Shown here one piece after another: positions 1 to 10,172 of a stretch of DNA of 32,000 nucleotides (position 1 is its first letter; each line of letters starts with the position of its first letter). Under the pieces are notes generated by a model. That model had not been told where the DNA came from and ran no database searches. It was given only the letters and a program-made list of their open reading frames with translations. The stretch is from positions 1-32,000 of the forward strand of contig NC_000918.1 in assembly GCF_000008625.1 (NCBI RefSeq), read 5' to 3'. The translations under genes were made by a program, and so were the position numbers. This DNA comes from Aquifex aeolicus VF5 (GTDB lineage Bacteria > Aquificota > Aquificia > Aquificales > Aquificaceae).

Positions 1-2100
1 ATGGCGAGAGAGGTGCCTATAGAGAAATTGAGAAACATAGGTATAGTTGCTCACATTGACGCGGGTAAAACTACGACTACCGAGAGAATTCTCTATTACA
101 CGGGTAAGACTTACAAGATAGGTGAAGTTCACGAAGGTGCTGCAACGATGGACTGGATGCCCCAGGAAAAGGAAAGAGGTATAACCATAACCGTTGCAAC
201 GACCGCATGTTATTGGACGAGAAACGGGGAGAGGTATCAAATAAACATAATTGACACACCCGGACACGTTGACTTCTCCGTTGAAGTTGTACGTTCCATG
301 AAAGTTCTCGACGGAATAGTTTTCATATTCTCCGCGGTTGAAGGTGTGCAACCTCAGTCCGAAGCAAACTGGAGATGGGCGGACAGGTTCCAAGTTCCGA
401 GGATAGCCTTCATAAACAAGATGGACCGTCTGGGTGCGGATTTTTACAGAGTGTTTAAGGAAATAGAAGAAAAGCTAACCATAAAGCCCGTTGCCATTCA
501 AATACCCCTGGGAGCGGAGGACCAGTTTGAAGGTGTTATAGATCTAATGGAAATGAAGGCAATAAGGTGGCTCGAAGAAACCCTCGGAGCTAAATACGAA
601 GTAGTAGACATTCCTCCAGAATACCAGGAAAAGGCTCAAGAATGGCGCGAAAAGATGATAGAAACCATCGTAGAAACCGACGACGAGTTAATGGAAAAGT
701 ACTTAGAAGGACAGGAAATATCTATAGATGAACTAAGAAAAGCTTTAAGAAAGGCAACAATAGAGAGAAAGCTCGTTCCCGTTCTTTGCGGTTCTGCATT
801 CAAGAACAAAGGTGTTCAACCCCTTCTTGACGCAGTTATAGATTACCTGCCTTCTCCTATAGACCTTCCTCCCGTTAAGGGGACAAATCCCAAGACCGGG
901 GAAGAAGAGGTCAGACACCCCTCTGACGACGAACCCTTCTGCGCTTACGCCTTTAAGGTTATGTCCGACCCGTATGCCGGACAACTTACCTACATCAGAG
1001 TGTTCTCAGGAACGCTAAAAGCGGGTTCTTACGTCTACAACGCAACCAAGGACGAAAAGCAAAGGGCTGGAAGACTTCTTCTCATGCACGCGAACTCCAG
1101 AGAGGAAATACAGCAGGTTTCCGCGGGTGAAATTTGTGCAGTTGTAGGACTAGACGCCGCAACGGGTGATACTCTCTGTGATGAAAAGCACCCCATAATC
1201 CTTGAAAAGCTTGAATTCCCTGACCCCGTTATATCTATGGCTATAGAGCCAAAGACCAAGAAGGACCAAGAAAAACTCTCACAAGTTCTCAACAAGTTCA
1301 TGAAAGAGGATCCAACCTTCAGGGCAACAACCGATCCCGAAACTGGTCAGATACTCATACACGGAATGGGTGAGCTCCACCTCGAAATAATGGTTGACAG
1401 AATGAAGAGGGAATACGGAATTGAAGTGAACGTCGGTAAACCGCAGGTTGCTTACAAGGAAACCATCAGGAAAAAGGCAATTGGTGAGGGTAAGTTCATC
1501 AAGCAAACTGGTGGTAGAGGGCAGTACGGTCACGCGATAATCGAAATCGAACCCCTCCCCAGAGGTGCGGGATTTGAATTCATAGACGACATTCACGGAG
1601 GAGTTATCCCCAAAGAATTCATACCCTCCGTTGAGAAGGGTGTAAAGGAAGCTATGCAAAACGGAATTCTCGCAGGATACCCCGTTGTTGACGTTAGAGT
1701 TAGACTCTTTGACGGTTCTTACCACGAAGTTGACTCTTCGGACATAGCATTCCAGGTTGCGGGTTCCTTGGCATTCAAAGATGCAGCCAAAAAGGCAGAT
1801 CCCGTTCTTCTGGAACCCATAATGGAAGTTGAAGTGGAAACTCCCGAAAAGTACGTGGGTGACGTTATAGGTGACCTTAACTCCAGAAGAGGAAAGATTA
1901 TGGGAATGGAAAACAAGGGAGTTATAACAGTCATAAAGGCTCACGTTCCCCTCGCAGAGATGTTCGGATACGCTACGACGCTCAGGAGCTTGACACAAGG
2001 TAGGGGAACCTTTATAATGAAATTTTCCCACTACGACGAAGTTCCGCAGCAAATTGCGGAAAAGATTATCGGCGAAAGAATGGCCGGTAAGAGCTCTTAA
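1..2100 (+). CDS. fusA: Translation elongation factor G
   Basis: 699-aa ORF starting with ATG at base 1. GTPase motifs [14 protein letters not shown] and NKMD, followed by the full EF-G domain series. Sits directly upstream of tuf as in str operons. Confidence 0.97.
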   Translation: MAREVPIEKLRNIGIVAHIDAGKTTTTERILYYTGKTYKIGEVHEGAATMDWMPQEKERGITITVATTACYWTRNGERYQINIIDTPGHVDFSVEVVRSMKVLDGIVFIFSAVEGVQPQSEANWRWADRFQVPRIAFINKMDRLGADFYRVFKEIEEKLTIKPVAIQIPLGAEDQFEGVIDLMEMKAIRWLEETLGAKYEVVDIPPEYQEKAQEWREKMIETIVETDDELMEKYLEGQEISIDELRKALRKATIERKLVPVLCGSAFKNKGVQPLLDAVIDYLPSPIDLPPVKGTNPKTGEEEVRHPSDDEPFCAYAFKVMSDPYAGQLTYIRVFSGTLKAGSYVYNATKDEKQRAGRLLLMHANSREEIQQVSAGEICAVVGLDAATGDTLCDEKHPIILEKLEFPDPVISMAIEPKTKKDQEKLSQVLNKFMKEDPTFRATTDPETGQILIHGMGELHLEIMVDRMKREYGIEVNVGKPQVAYKETIRKKAIGEGKFIKQTGGRGQYGHAIIEIEPLPRGAGFEFIDDIHGGVIPKEFIPSVEKGVKEAMQNGILAGYPVVDVRVRLFDGSYHEVDSSDIAFQVAGSLAFKDAAKKADPVLLEPIMEVEVETPEKYVGDVIGDLNSRRGKIMGMENKGVITVIKAHVPLAEMFGYATTLRSLTQGRGTFIMKFSHYDEVPQQIAEKIIGERMAGKSS

Positions 2101-2116
2101 TTAGGAGGTAATAGAT

Positions 2117-3334
2117 ATGGCAAAGGAGAAATTTGAAAGGACAAAAGAACACGTAAACGTGGGAACAATAGGACACGTTGACCACGGCAAAAGCACTCTC
2201 ACTTCCGCTATAACATGCGTTCTCGCTGCAGGCCTCGTTGAAGGCGGTAAAGCTAAGTGCTTCAAATACGAAGAAATCGACAAGGCTCCAGAAGAAAAAG
2301 AAAGAGGAATCACGATAAACATCACCCACGTTGAGTACGAAACCGCCAAACGCCACTACGCTCACGTTGACTGCCCCGGTCACGCTGACTACATCAAGAA
2401 TATGATCACCGGCGCAGCTCAAATGGACGGTGCAATACTCGTTGTTTCCGCAGCAGACGGCCCCATGCCCCAAACAAGAGAACACGTGCTTCTCGCAAGA
2501 CAGGTTAACGTTCCTTACATAGTCGTTTTCATGAACAAGTGTGATATGGTTGACGACGAAGAACTTTTAGAACTCGTTGAGCTCGAAGTTAGAGAACTTC
2601 TCTCCAAGTACGAGTATCCCGGAGACGAAGTTCCCGTTATCAGAGGATCGGCACTTGGAGCACTTCAAGAACTCGAACAAAACTCTCCCGGCAAGTGGGT
2701 TGAGTCCATAAAAGAGCTTCTCAACGCGATGGACGAGTACATACCGACACCACAAAGGGAAGTGGACAAGCCCTTCCTTATGCCAATAGAAGACGTGTTT
2801 AGCATATCCGGAAGAGGAACGGTTGTAACCGGAAGAGTAGAGAGAGGAGTTCTGAGGCCCGGAGACGAAGTAGAGATAGTAGGACTCAGGGAAGAGCCCC
2901 TCAAGACAGTTGCAACGTCTATAGAGATGTTCAGGAAGGTGCTTGACGAGGCACTGCCCGGAGACAACATAGGAGTGCTGCTGAGGGGAGTAGGAAAGGA
3001 CGACGTAGAAAGGGGACAGGTATTGGCGCAACCTGGGAGTGTAAAGGCTCACAAGAGGTTCAGGGCACAGGTATATGTACTTAGCAAGGAGGAAGGAGGA
3101 AGACACACTCCGTTCTTTGTGAACTACAGACCGCAGTTTTACTTCAGGACGGCTGACGTGACGGGAACTGTAGTGAAGCTTCCAGAAGGAGTGGAAATGG
3201 TAATGCCCGGGGACAACGTAGAGCTTGAAGTAGAGCTCATAGCACCCGTGGCGTTGGAAGAAGGGCTCAGGTTTGCGATAAGGGAAGGTGGTAGAACAGT
3301 AGGTGCAGGTGTCGTTACTAAAATACTGGATTGA
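2117..3334 (+). CDS. tuf: Translation elongation factor Tu
   Basis: 405 aa with [17 protein letters not shown] and NKCD motifs and a canonical C-terminus ([10 protein letters not shown]). SD AGGAGG at 2103-2108. Confidence 0.98.
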   Translation: MAKEKFERTKEHVNVGTIGHVDHGKSTLTSAITCVLAAGLVEGGKAKCFKYEEIDKAPEEKERGITINITHVEYETAKRHYAHVDCPGHADYIKNMITGAAQMDGAILVVSAADGPMPQTREHVLLARQVNVPYIVVFMNKCDMVDDEELLELVELEVRELLSKYEYPGDEVPVIRGSALGALQELEQNSPGKWVESIKELLNAMDEYIPTPQREVDKPFLMPIEDVFSISGRGTVVTGRVERGVLRPGDEVEIVGLREEPLKTVATSIEMFRKVLDEALPGDNIGVLLRGVGKDDVERGQVLAQPGSVKAHKRFRAQVYVLSKEEGGRHTPFFVNYRPQFYFRTADVTGTVVKLPEGVEMVMPGDNVELEVELIAPVALEEGLRFAIREGGRTVGAGVVTKILD

Positions 3335-3345
3335 GGGGATAAATC

Positions 3346-3660
3346 ATGGAACAGGAAAAAATAAGGATAAAACTAAGAGCATACGACCACAGGTTGCTGG
3401 ATCAATCGGTTAAACAGATCATAGAAACCGTAAAGAGAACGGGCGGGGTTGTGAAGGGACCGATTCCCCTTCCCACGCGTAAGCGTAAGTGGTGCGTTCT
3501 CCGTTCTCCCCACAAATTTGACCAGTCAAGAGAACACTTCGAGATAAGAGAGTTTTCAAGGATTCTGGACATTATAAGGTTCACTCCCCAAACAATAGAA
3601 GCACTCATGGAAATCAGCCTTCCCGCGGGTGTTGACGTAGAAGTGAAGATGAGAGGTTAG
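3346..3660 (+). CDS. rpsJ: 30S ribosomal protein S10
   Basis: 104 aa. [14 protein letters not shown] and [15 protein letters not shown] are typical S10 segments. First gene of the S10 operon order. Confidence 0.96.
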   Translation: MEQEKIRIKLRAYDHRLLDQSVKQIIETVKRTGGVVKGPIPLPTRKRKWCVLRSPHKFDQSREHFEIREFSRILDIIRFTPQTIEALMEISLPAGVDVEVKMRG

Positions 3661-3664
3661 TGAG

Positions 3665-4390
3665 ATGCCGCTGGGATTAATCGGTGAAAAGGTTGGAATG
3701 ACAAGGGTCCTTCTCAAGGACGGAACAGCCATACCCGTTACCGTTATAAAGTTCCCTGTAAACTACGTGGTTCAAGTGAAGTCTCAAAATACAAAAGACG
3801 GGTATAACGCCCTGCAGATAGGCGCTTATGAAGCTAAGGAAAAGCACTTAACAAAGCCCCTGATTGGACACTTCAAGAAACACGGAGTTCCCCTTCTCAG
3901 GAGGCTGTGGGAATTCAGGGTGGATAACCCCGAAGAGTTCCAGTCAGGTCAACAGCTCAAAGTGGAAGACGTTTTCAAACCCGGGGACCTTGTGGACGTC
4001 TGGGGAATTTCTAAAGGTAGGGGCTTTGCAGGTGCTATGAAGAGATGGGACTTTGCGGGATTTCCCAAGTCCCACGGTCACAGGTATCACAGGGCAGTAG
4101 GTGCAATAGGACAGAGAACTGACCCAGGTAGGGTATGGAAAGGCAAAAGGATGCCCGGTCACTACGGTGCAAAACCTGTGAGAGTTCAGGGACTTTTTGT
4201 GGTTGACGTACTTCCGGAAGAAAACGCCATACTCGTGAAAGGTTCCGTCCCCGGACACAACAAGGGTATCGTTGTAGTTGAGCAGTCCACTATAGCTTAC
4301 AGAAAGAGCCAGAAGTTAAAGCAAAAGAGGTACCAGTTCATAATTGAAAACCTTGCAAAAGAAGAAAGCCAAGAGGTGGCTGAATCATGA
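3665..4390 (+). CDS. rplC: 50S ribosomal protein L3 (with about 30-aa C-terminal extension)
   Basis: 241 aa. [13 protein letters not shown] start and [12 protein letters not shown] / [10 protein letters not shown] motifs. Overlaps rplD by 4 nt (ATGA). Confidence 0.96.
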   Translation: MPLGLIGEKVGMTRVLLKDGTAIPVTVIKFPVNYVVQVKSQNTKDGYNALQIGAYEAKEKHLTKPLIGHFKKHGVPLLRRLWEFRVDNPEEFQSGQQLKVEDVFKPGDLVDVWGISKGRGFAGAMKRWDFAGFPKSHGHRYHRAVGAIGQRTDPGRVWKGKRMPGHYGAKPVRVQGLFVVDVLPEENAILVKGSVPGHNKGIVVVEQSTIAYRKSQKLKQKRYQFIIENLAKEESQEVAES

Positions 4391-4986
4391 AGATAGGAGA
4401 TGTTGAAGTAAGGGATGATGTTTTTAACGTCAAGGTAAAGAAACACGTTCTCTGGGAAGTAGTAAAGTGGCAACTTGCAAAAAGGAGGCAAGGGACACAC
4501 TCCACAAAGACGAGAGGTGAAGTAGCTTATTCAGGAAGGAAGATACTCCCCCAAAAGGGAACAGGTAACGCAAGACACGGGGAAAGAGGTGTTAACATCT
4601 TCGTCGGCGGTGGTGTAGCGCACGGTCCAAAGCCGAGAGACTACGAATACCCTCTCCCTAAAAGGGTGAGGAAACTCGGACTTAAGATGGCTTTATCTGA
4701 CAAGGCAAGAAATAACGCAATTATTTTCGTTGATAACATAGACCTCGGGAAAAAACCAAAAACCAAAAAAGCTATTGAATTTTTAAAGAACTTGGGTGTA
4801 GAAAAGGAAAAGGTTTTAGTTGTAATTCCCGAAAAGGCGGATGTCCTTTACAAGTCCTTCAGAAATCTCCCCAACGTGAGAGTTCTCCTTCCAGAAGGTT
4901 TAAACGTTTACGACGTTCTCTGGGCGAATAAACTCGTCATTCAAAAGGACTGTCTTGACAGGATATACAAGAAGGTGGAGGCGTAA
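4387..4986 (+). CDS. rplD: 50S ribosomal protein L4
   Basis: 199 aa. [30 protein letters not shown] is the L4 signature region. Operon position between rplC and rplW. Confidence 0.95.
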   Translation: MKIGDVEVRDDVFNVKVKKHVLWEVVKWQLAKRRQGTHSTKTRGEVAYSGRKILPQKGTGNARHGERGVNIFVGGGVAHGPKPRDYEYPLPKRVRKLGLKMALSDKARNNAIIFVDNIDLGKKPKTKKAIEFLKNLGVEKEKVLVVIPEKADVLYKSFRNLPNVRVLLPEGLNVYDVLWANKLVIQKDCLDRIYKKVEA

Positions 4987-4989
4987 GCC

Positions 4990-5301
4990 ATGAGCCAGAG
5001 AAAGCCCTGGGAAATAATCATAAGGCCTATAATCACCGAAAAGAGCAACAGACTCATGGAGGATTACAACAAGTACACCTTTGAGGTTGCCCTTGACGCT
5101 TCCAAACCTGAGATAAAGTACGCGGTTGAGAAACTCTTCAACGTAAAGGTAAAGAAGGTAAACACGATGATAGTAAAACCAAAGAAGAAGAGGGTGTGGA
5201 ACAAGTTCAGACAGTACGGAACTACGAAGAAGTGGAAAAAGGCTATAGTTACCCTAGAGAAGGGGCATAAAATAGATATCCTTGAGTTTGCTCAAAAGTG
5301 A
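4990..5301 (+). CDS. rplW: 50S ribosomal protein L23
   Basis: 103 aa. [10 protein letters not shown]...YTFEV...[16 protein letters not shown] pattern of L23. Operon position fits. Confidence 0.94.
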   Translation: MSQRKPWEIIIRPIITEKSNRLMEDYNKYTFEVALDASKPEIKYAVEKLFNVKVKKVNTMIVKPKKKRVWNKFRQYGTTKKWKKAIVTLEKGHKIDILEFAQK

Positions 5302-5312
5302 GGTAAGTAGTT

Positions 5313-6227
5313 ATGGGTGTTAGAAAGTTAAAACCTGTAACAAACGGGACGAGGCACGCAGTTCTTTACGACTTTGAAGAAATAGAAAAATTAGTAAGAA
5401 AAGGAAAAGAATGGGTTCTACTAAAGAAAAACCAAGTAGAACCTGAAAAATCCCTCCTCAAGTGGTGGCACAGGGCAAAAGGACGCTCTAGACAGAGGGG
5501 GAACATCACCGCAAGACACAGGGGAGGAGGACACAAGAAACTTTACAGAATTATAGACTTCAAGAGGGACAAGAGCTTAGTTCCCGCGAAGGTAGTTTCA
5601 ATAGAATATGACCCCTTCAGGAGTGCCAGGATTTGTCTCCTTCACTACGCTGACGGTGAGAAGAGGTACATAATCTGGCCAGAAGGGTTGAAGGTGGGAG
5701 ACACCGTAATGTCCATAAGCTGGGAAGACGCGGAAGCCGGAAAGCCCCTTCCCGAGATAAAACCCGGAAACGCAATGCCCCTCAAGTACATACCCGAAGG
5801 TACCATAGTCCATAACATAGAGTTCATTCCTGGAAAGGGAGGACAGATAGCAAGGGCTGCCGGAACATGGGCTCAGGTTCTCGGGCGTTCCACGAGGAAG
5901 GGATACGTCCTCGTCAGAATGCCTTCTGGTGAAGTTCGTATGATACACGAGAGGTGTATGGCTACGGTCGGAAGAGTTGGACTTGCGGAACACGAACTCG
6001 TTAAACTTGGAAAGGCGGGAAGAGCAAGGTGGCTCGGATGGAGACCTCACACGAGGGGAACCGCTATGAACCCAGTTGACCACCCGCACGGTGGTGGTGA
6101 AGGAAGAACGAGAGGTAAACACCCCGAATCCCCTTGGGGATGGAAGACCAAAGGATACAAGACTAGAAGAGGTAAGAAGTACTCCGATCAATTTATCGTA
6201 ACGAGAAGGGACGGAAGACCCTTATAA
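5313..6227 (+). CDS. rplB: 50S ribosomal protein L2 (with N-terminal-region insertion)
   Basis: 304 aa. [40 protein letters not shown] and [14 protein letters not shown] motifs. Confidence 0.97.
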   Translation: MGVRKLKPVTNGTRHAVLYDFEEIEKLVRKGKEWVLLKKNQVEPEKSLLKWWHRAKGRSRQRGNITARHRGGGHKKLYRIIDFKRDKSLVPAKVVSIEYDPFRSARICLLHYADGEKRYIIWPEGLKVGDTVMSISWEDAEAGKPLPEIKPGNAMPLKYIPEGTIVHNIEFIPGKGGQIARAAGTWAQVLGRSTRKGYVLVRMPSGEVRMIHERCMATVGRVGLAEHELVKLGKAGRARWLGWRPHTRGTAMNPVDHPHGGGEGRTRGKHPESPWGWKTKGYKTRRGKKYSDQFIVTRRDGRPL

Positions 6228-6240
6228 AGGAGGAGAGTAA

Positions 6241-6900
6241 ATGGGATTTAAAGGAGCTTGGAACAAGAGAAACAGACTCATCGAGAACCCTGAGGAGTAT
6301 TACAGACTCTACAAAAAACTCCAGAGGGCTTACAAGCTCGTGAGAGAAGCCATAAAGAGGTACGGTTCCTTTGAACTCCTGAAAGGAAAGAACACACTTC
6401 CCGAACTTGAGGCACTTCTTGAGGAGAGGAAACTCGTCCTTGAAAATCTCAAAAAGCAATTGAAAGAAGCCCACAAAGGAAAGCCCAAGATAGAGGCGGA
6501 AGGAGATGAAAAACTAAAAGAACTTATCAGAGAAGTCAATAAAGCTCAAGCTGAAGTAAGGGCTCTCGAGATAATAGTGAACAGGGTAAGGAAGTATGAA
6601 GAACTCTACGCCCAGTACAAACAGATGACGGAAAAGAAGGCGTACGTAGATCCCAAACTCTGGGTCAGAATAAGGAAGATGAACGAAACGGGAGAGAGAA
6701 AGGTTGTGAGAACCTACTCCAGAGCTACGACGATAATACCCGAGTTCGTAGGACACACAATAGCGGTTCACAACGGGAAAACTTTTGTTCCCGTTTACAT
6801 CACACAAGACATGGTGGGACATAAACTCGGAGAGTTCGCTCCCACGAGAACCTTCAAGGGTCACCCCGAAAAGACCGCAAAGGTAGTTAAGAAGAAGTGA
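6241..6900 (+). CDS. rpsS: 30S ribosomal protein S19 fused in frame to a 128-codon N-terminal coiled-coil-like extension (canonical S19 core = 6625..6900)
   Basis: The C-terminal 91 aa ([13 protein letters not shown]...[32 protein letters not shown]) form a complete S19. No stop codon lies between 6241 and 6625. A strong SD AAGGAGGAG (6227-6235) precedes ATG 6241, and no SD precedes ATG 6625. Confidence 0.85.
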   Translation: MGFKGAWNKRNRLIENPEEYYRLYKKLQRAYKLVREAIKRYGSFELLKGKNTLPELEALLEERKLVLENLKKQLKEAHKGKPKIEAEGDEKLKELIREVNKAQAEVRALEIIVNRVRKYEELYAQYKQMTEKKAYVDPKLWVRIRKMNETGERKVVRTYSRATTIIPEFVGHTIAVHNGKTFVPVYITQDMVGHKLGEFAPTRTFKGHPEKTAKVVKKK

Positions 6901-6910
6901 GGTGTGAAAG

Positions 6911-7314
6911 ATGGGACAGTTAAGGATTAAGGACAAATCTCAGAGGGACGGATATAAACCTAATCAATCAATAGCCATACTCAGGTACGCCCACATATTC
7001 TCCCCTAAAGGCAAGACTTGTTCTCAGGGAAATTCAGGGAAAAGACGTGGGAGACGCCCTTTACCTGCTTCGCGGTTATTCCCAAAAAAGCGGCAAGGAT
7101 AGCGGAAAAGGTTTTAAAGAGTGTTATAGCAAACGCAGAGCAAAAGGGCCTTGACCTTGACAGACTCTACATTAAAAAGGCTGTGGCGGACGACGGCCCT
7201 ATACTGAAGAAGTGGATTCCCAGGGCTCACGGAAGGGCTACTATGGTGAGGAAGAGGCTTTCCCATATTACAATAGTTTTAGAGGAAAAACCTGAAGGCA
7301 AGGAGGAAGAATAA
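6911..7314 (+). CDS. rplV: 50S ribosomal protein L22, reading frame broken by two apparent 1-nt insertions (near 6998 and 7074)
   Basis: Track ORFs 6911-7102 and 7018-7314 are fragments of one gene. Reading three frames gives ...AILRYAHI | [25 protein letters not shown] | [25 protein letters not shown]...[21 protein letters not shown]. This is a contiguous L22 sequence. SD GAGGTG lies upstream of ATG 6911. Confidence 0.88.
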
Positions 7315-7316
7315 GG

Positions 7317-7955
7317 ATGGGTCAGAAAACGCACCCGATAGGCTTTAGACTCGGAGTAATAAAGGAATGGCCTTCCAAGTGGTACGCTCCGAAAAAGGAA
7401 TACTCTAAACTCCTTCACGAGGACCTCAAGATAAAGAACTACATAAAGGAGAGGTACAAAGTTGCCGGAGTTTCAAAGGTAGAAATAGAGAGAATCGTTG
7501 ATAAGGTAAGGGTCAAGATCCACACCGCGAGACCTGCGATAGTTATCGGAAGAAGGGGGCAGGAAGTAGAGAACTTAAAGAAAACCTTGGAAAAGATGCT
7601 TCCCGGAAAGGAGATAACCATTTCCGTGGTTGAAGTCAGAGTTCCCGAACTGGACGCCCAGCTCGTGGCTCAGGACATAGCAACCCAGATAGAGAGAAGG
7701 GTATCCCACAGAAGGGCAATGAAGAGGGCGATAGACAACGCTCTTAAGGCTGGAGCTAAAGGAGTAAAGGTACAGGTCAAGGGAAGGATAGGAGGAGCGG
7801 AACTCGCGAGAAAAGAGTGGTTCCTCGTAGGAAGAATGCCCCTTCAAACTCTAAGGGCTGACATAGATTACGGATTTGCAACCGCTTACACCAAGTATGG
7901 TATCCTCAGCGTTAAGGTCTGGATTTACAAGGGTGATGTTCTGAACGGGCGGTAA
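7317..7955 (+). CDS. rpsC: 30S ribosomal protein S3 (possibly truncated; likely true end at 8013 after a 1-nt frame correction)
   Basis: 212 aa. [13 protein letters not shown] start, KH-domain region, and [13 protein letters not shown]...[15 protein letters not shown] motifs. Confidence 0.95.
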   Translation: MGQKTHPIGFRLGVIKEWPSKWYAPKKEYSKLLHEDLKIKNYIKERYKVAGVSKVEIERIVDKVRVKIHTARPAIVIGRRGQEVENLKKTLEKMLPGKEITISVVEVRVPELDAQLVAQDIATQIERRVSHRRAMKRAIDNALKAGAKGVKVQVKGRIGGAELARKEWFLVGRMPLQTLRADIDYGFATAYTKYGILSVKVWIYKGDVLNGR

Positions 7956-8016
7956 AGAAGAAATCCTCAAGAAAATTGAAGAAGAAATTATGCAGGCTGC
8001 AAAGGAGGGCTAAGAG

Positions 8017-8445
8017 ATGTATCTCCAGCCGAAAAAGGTAAGATGGAGAAAGCAAAGGAGAGGAACACTTAAAGGAAAGGCTTTCAGGGGAAATAAACTG
8101 GCCTTTGGCGAGTACGGGATACAGGCCCTCGACAGGGCGTGGATTACCCAGCAACAAATAGAAGCCGTGAGAGTGGCACTCGTGAGGAGTCTCAAAAAAG
8201 GTGCAAAGGTCTGGATAAGGATATTCCCTGACAAACCCTACACCAAAAAGCCCAACGAAGTGAGAATGGGTGGTGGAAAAGGTGACCCTGAAGGCTTTGT
8301 AGCGGTGGTAAAGCCCGGTAGGATACTCTTTGAATTTACGGGGGTTCCAGAGGAAGTTGCTCAGGAAGCCTTCACGATAGCGGCCTCAAAGCTCCCCATA
8401 CCAGTCAGACTCGTTAAGTACGGCGAGTTCACCTTCAAGTACTGA
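8017..8445 (+). CDS. rplP: 50S ribosomal protein L16
   Basis: 142 aa. [16 protein letters not shown] start and [24 protein letters not shown] motif. SD AAGGAGG at 8002-8008. Confidence 0.96.
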   Translation: MYLQPKKVRWRKQRRGTLKGKAFRGNKLAFGEYGIQALDRAWITQQQIEAVRVALVRSLKKGAKVWIRIFPDKPYTKKPNEVRMGGGKGDPEGFVAVVKPGRILFEFTGVPEEVAQEAFTIAASKLPIPVRLVKYGEFTFKY

Positions 8446-8456
8446 GGTGGTGAAAG

Positions 8457-8678
8457 ATGTGGGAAAGAGAGAGAAAGAAGTTCTTAGAAGATATTAGAAA
8501 AAAGAGCTTACAGGAACTTGAAAAGCTATTGGACGAACTTAAACTTGAATTGACAAGACTCAGGTTTAAAAAACAAGTTCAGGGTCTTGAGAACCCCATG
8601 GAAATGAGGAAGGTAAAGAGGAACATAGCTAGAGTTTTGACGGTTATAAGGGAAAAACAGTTGAGAGGTGAAGGGTAA
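8457..8678 (+). CDS. rpmC: 50S ribosomal protein L29
   Basis: 73 aa. [27 protein letters not shown] helix pattern of L29. Position between rplP and rpsQ. Stop overlaps the rpsQ start (TAATG). Confidence 0.9.
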   Translation: MWERERKKFLEDIRKKSLQELEKLLDELKLELTRLRFKKQVQGLENPMEMRKVKRNIARVLTVIREKQLRGEG

Positions 8679-9001
8679 TGACTGAGCAAAAACAGCAGAA
8701 GAAGTGGCACGAGAAGAGAAAACACCTCGTTGGAGTTGTAGTTAGCGATAAGATGGATAAAACGGTCGTTGTTAAAGTTGACAGAAAAGTTCCCCACCCC
8801 ATATACGGCAAGCACATCATAAAGAGCAAGAAGTACCACGCCCACGACGAACACAACGAGTGCAGGGTGGGAGATATAGTCATGATAAGAGAAACAAGGC
8901 CCCTCTCCAAAACAAAGAGGTGGGTTGTAGTAAAGATACTCCAGAGGGCCAGAAGACCTGAGGAAGAAATACAAAAACAACAGGAAGGACAAGAACAGTA
9001 A
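8678..9001 (+). CDS. rpsQ: 30S ribosomal protein S17 (N- and C-terminal extensions)
   Basis: 107 aa. [40 protein letters not shown]...[18 protein letters not shown] is the S17 OB-fold core. Confidence 0.94.
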   Translation: MTEQKQQKKWHEKRKHLVGVVVSDKMDKTVVVKVDRKVPHPIYGKHIIKSKKYHAHDEHNECRVGDIVMIRETRPLSKTKRWVVVKILQRARRPEEEIQKQQEGQEQ

Positions 9002-9660
9002 TGCTCATCGCCGTTCCCCTTGATGATACAAACTTTTCCGAAAACTTAAAAAAGGCTAAGGAAAAGGGTGCGGATATTGTAGAACTCCGTGTGGACCAGT
9101 TCTCAGACACTTCCTTAAATTACGTAAAGGAAAAACTGGAAGAAGTACATTCGCAAGGTTTGAAAACGATACTGACTATACGCTCTCCCGAGGAGGGAGG
9201 AAGGGAAGTTAAAAACAGGGAAGAGCTCTTTGAAGAACTTTCTCCCCTCAGCGATTACACGGATATAGAACTCTCTTCCAGAGGGCTTTTGGTAAAACTT
9301 TACAATATAACGAAAGAAGCGGGAAAAAAGTTGATAATCTCCTACCACAACTTTGAGCTCACACCCCCTAACTGGATAATAAGGGAAGTTTTAAGGGAGG
9401 GATACAGGTACGGAGGAATACCGAAGATAGCGGTAAAGGCAAACTCCTACGAAGATGTTGCAAGGCTTTTATGTATTTCCAGACAGGTTGAGGGAGAAAA
9501 GATATTAATTTCCATGGGTGATTACGGAAAGATTTCAAGGCTCGCGGGATACGTTTTTGGGTCCGTAATAACCTACTGCTCCTTAGAAAAGGCTTTCGCT
9601 CCTGGTCAAATTCCTTTAGAAGAGATGGTTGAGCTCAGAAAGAAGTTCTACAGGCTTTAA
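9001..9660 (+). CDS. aroD: 3-dehydroquinate dehydratase, type I
   Basis: 219 aa. ADIVELRVD, ILTIRSPEEGG, ISYHNF, PKIAVKA (Schiff-base Lys context) and ISMGDYGKISRL are type I DHQase blocks. ATG overlaps the rpsQ stop (TAATG). Confidence 0.85.
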   Translation: MLIAVPLDDTNFSENLKKAKEKGADIVELRVDQFSDTSLNYVKEKLEEVHSQGLKTILTIRSPEEGGREVKNREELFEELSPLSDYTDIELSSRGLLVKLYNITKEAGKKLIISYHNFELTPPNWIIREVLREGYRYGGIPKIAVKANSYEDVARLLCISRQVEGEKILISMGDYGKISRLAGYVFGSVITYCSLEKAFAPGQIPLEEMVELRKKFYRL

Positions 9661-10172
9661 ATTAAACTCCTCTGAAGTAATTCTCCTAACTCCGGAAATC
9701 TTTCAATAAAGAAGAAGTAGAACATATTTGCGGAAAAGTGGGCAAAGGCTGGAGCGATTACGGAGTCCGTTTTTCTGTAGAGCCAGCCGAAAAACAGGGA
9801 AGGGAAGAAGGTAAGAAGTGCGTTTAAGTTTGCCCAATATGCAAGATGTGCACTGGTGGACATCAGAGAAACAGTAAAGTTTGAAAACTTCTGCATCAGA
9901 AATCCCCTGAAAAAGATTTCTTCTGCCAAGGCAATACCGAGCTGGTTTAAAACCAAGGCGTAGCACTGGGCACTTAGAAGGTAGGGAACGCTAAAGGGTA
10001 AAAATAGACTCCCGTAAGTTAGTCCTTTTTTGAAGTTTTTAAAGCCCAGAGATTTTTCGTCCTGAAAGAGGAGCGGAGAAAGCAGTATAAGCTGAGGAAT
10101 TATACTCAAGTTGTAAAACCTCTGAAGATAAAGGGAAATAACGAGCAGAGCGTACAAACCGAGGTGTATCAA
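9657..10172 (-). CDS. CPBP (CAAX/Abi-type) intramembrane metalloprotease family protein
   Basis: 171 aa and multi-pass hydrophobic. Motif 1 is EEIFFRGFL, followed by a later SAHLAYW and the FAHFSANM motif typical of the CPBP family. TTG start overlaps the argD stop; the start assignment is uncertain. Confidence 0.75.
   Translation of the reverse strand: MIHLGLYALLVISLYLQRFYNLSIIPQLILLSPLLFQDEKSLGFKNFKKGLTYGSLFLPFSVPYLLSAQCYALVLNQLGIALAEEIFFRGFLMQKFSNFTVSLMSTSAHLAYWANLNALLTFFPSLFFGWLYRKTDSVIAPAFAHFSANMFYFFFIERFPELGELLQRSLI

Noticed and set aside
1279-2052. 257-aa ORF antisense to fusA. Similar long antisense or alternative-frame ORFs occur at 5598-6191 (-), 19995-20834 (-), 26621-27118 (+) and 2567-3106 (-).
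   Set aside because: Each lies entirely opposite or inside a strongly conserved gene. Their composition is odd (S/F/V/C-rich) with no recognisable motifs. They are shadow ORFs expected where the sense strand is purine-rich and codon-biased.
4750-4770. A-rich slippery-looking run (AAAAAACCAAAAACCAAAAAA) in rplD
   Set aside because: It encodes an in-frame KKPKTKK segment of L4, the protein continues normally, and no alternative-frame product is evident.
6596-6628. Tiny out-of-frame ORF (ATG 6596 ... TGA 6626-6628) whose stop overlaps the internal S19 ATG (ATGA), as a possible coupling device for an independent S19 start
   Set aside because: The putative SD (AAGGAAG) abuts its ATG with about 1 nt spacing. 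The ORF is 10 codons and could easily arise by chance. There is no way to support it from sequence alone.
6911-7314. Two separate small genes (6911-7102 and 7018-7314), as the track suggests
   Set aside because: Both are fragments of L22, and the middle of the protein is recovered in the third frame. They are not independent genes.
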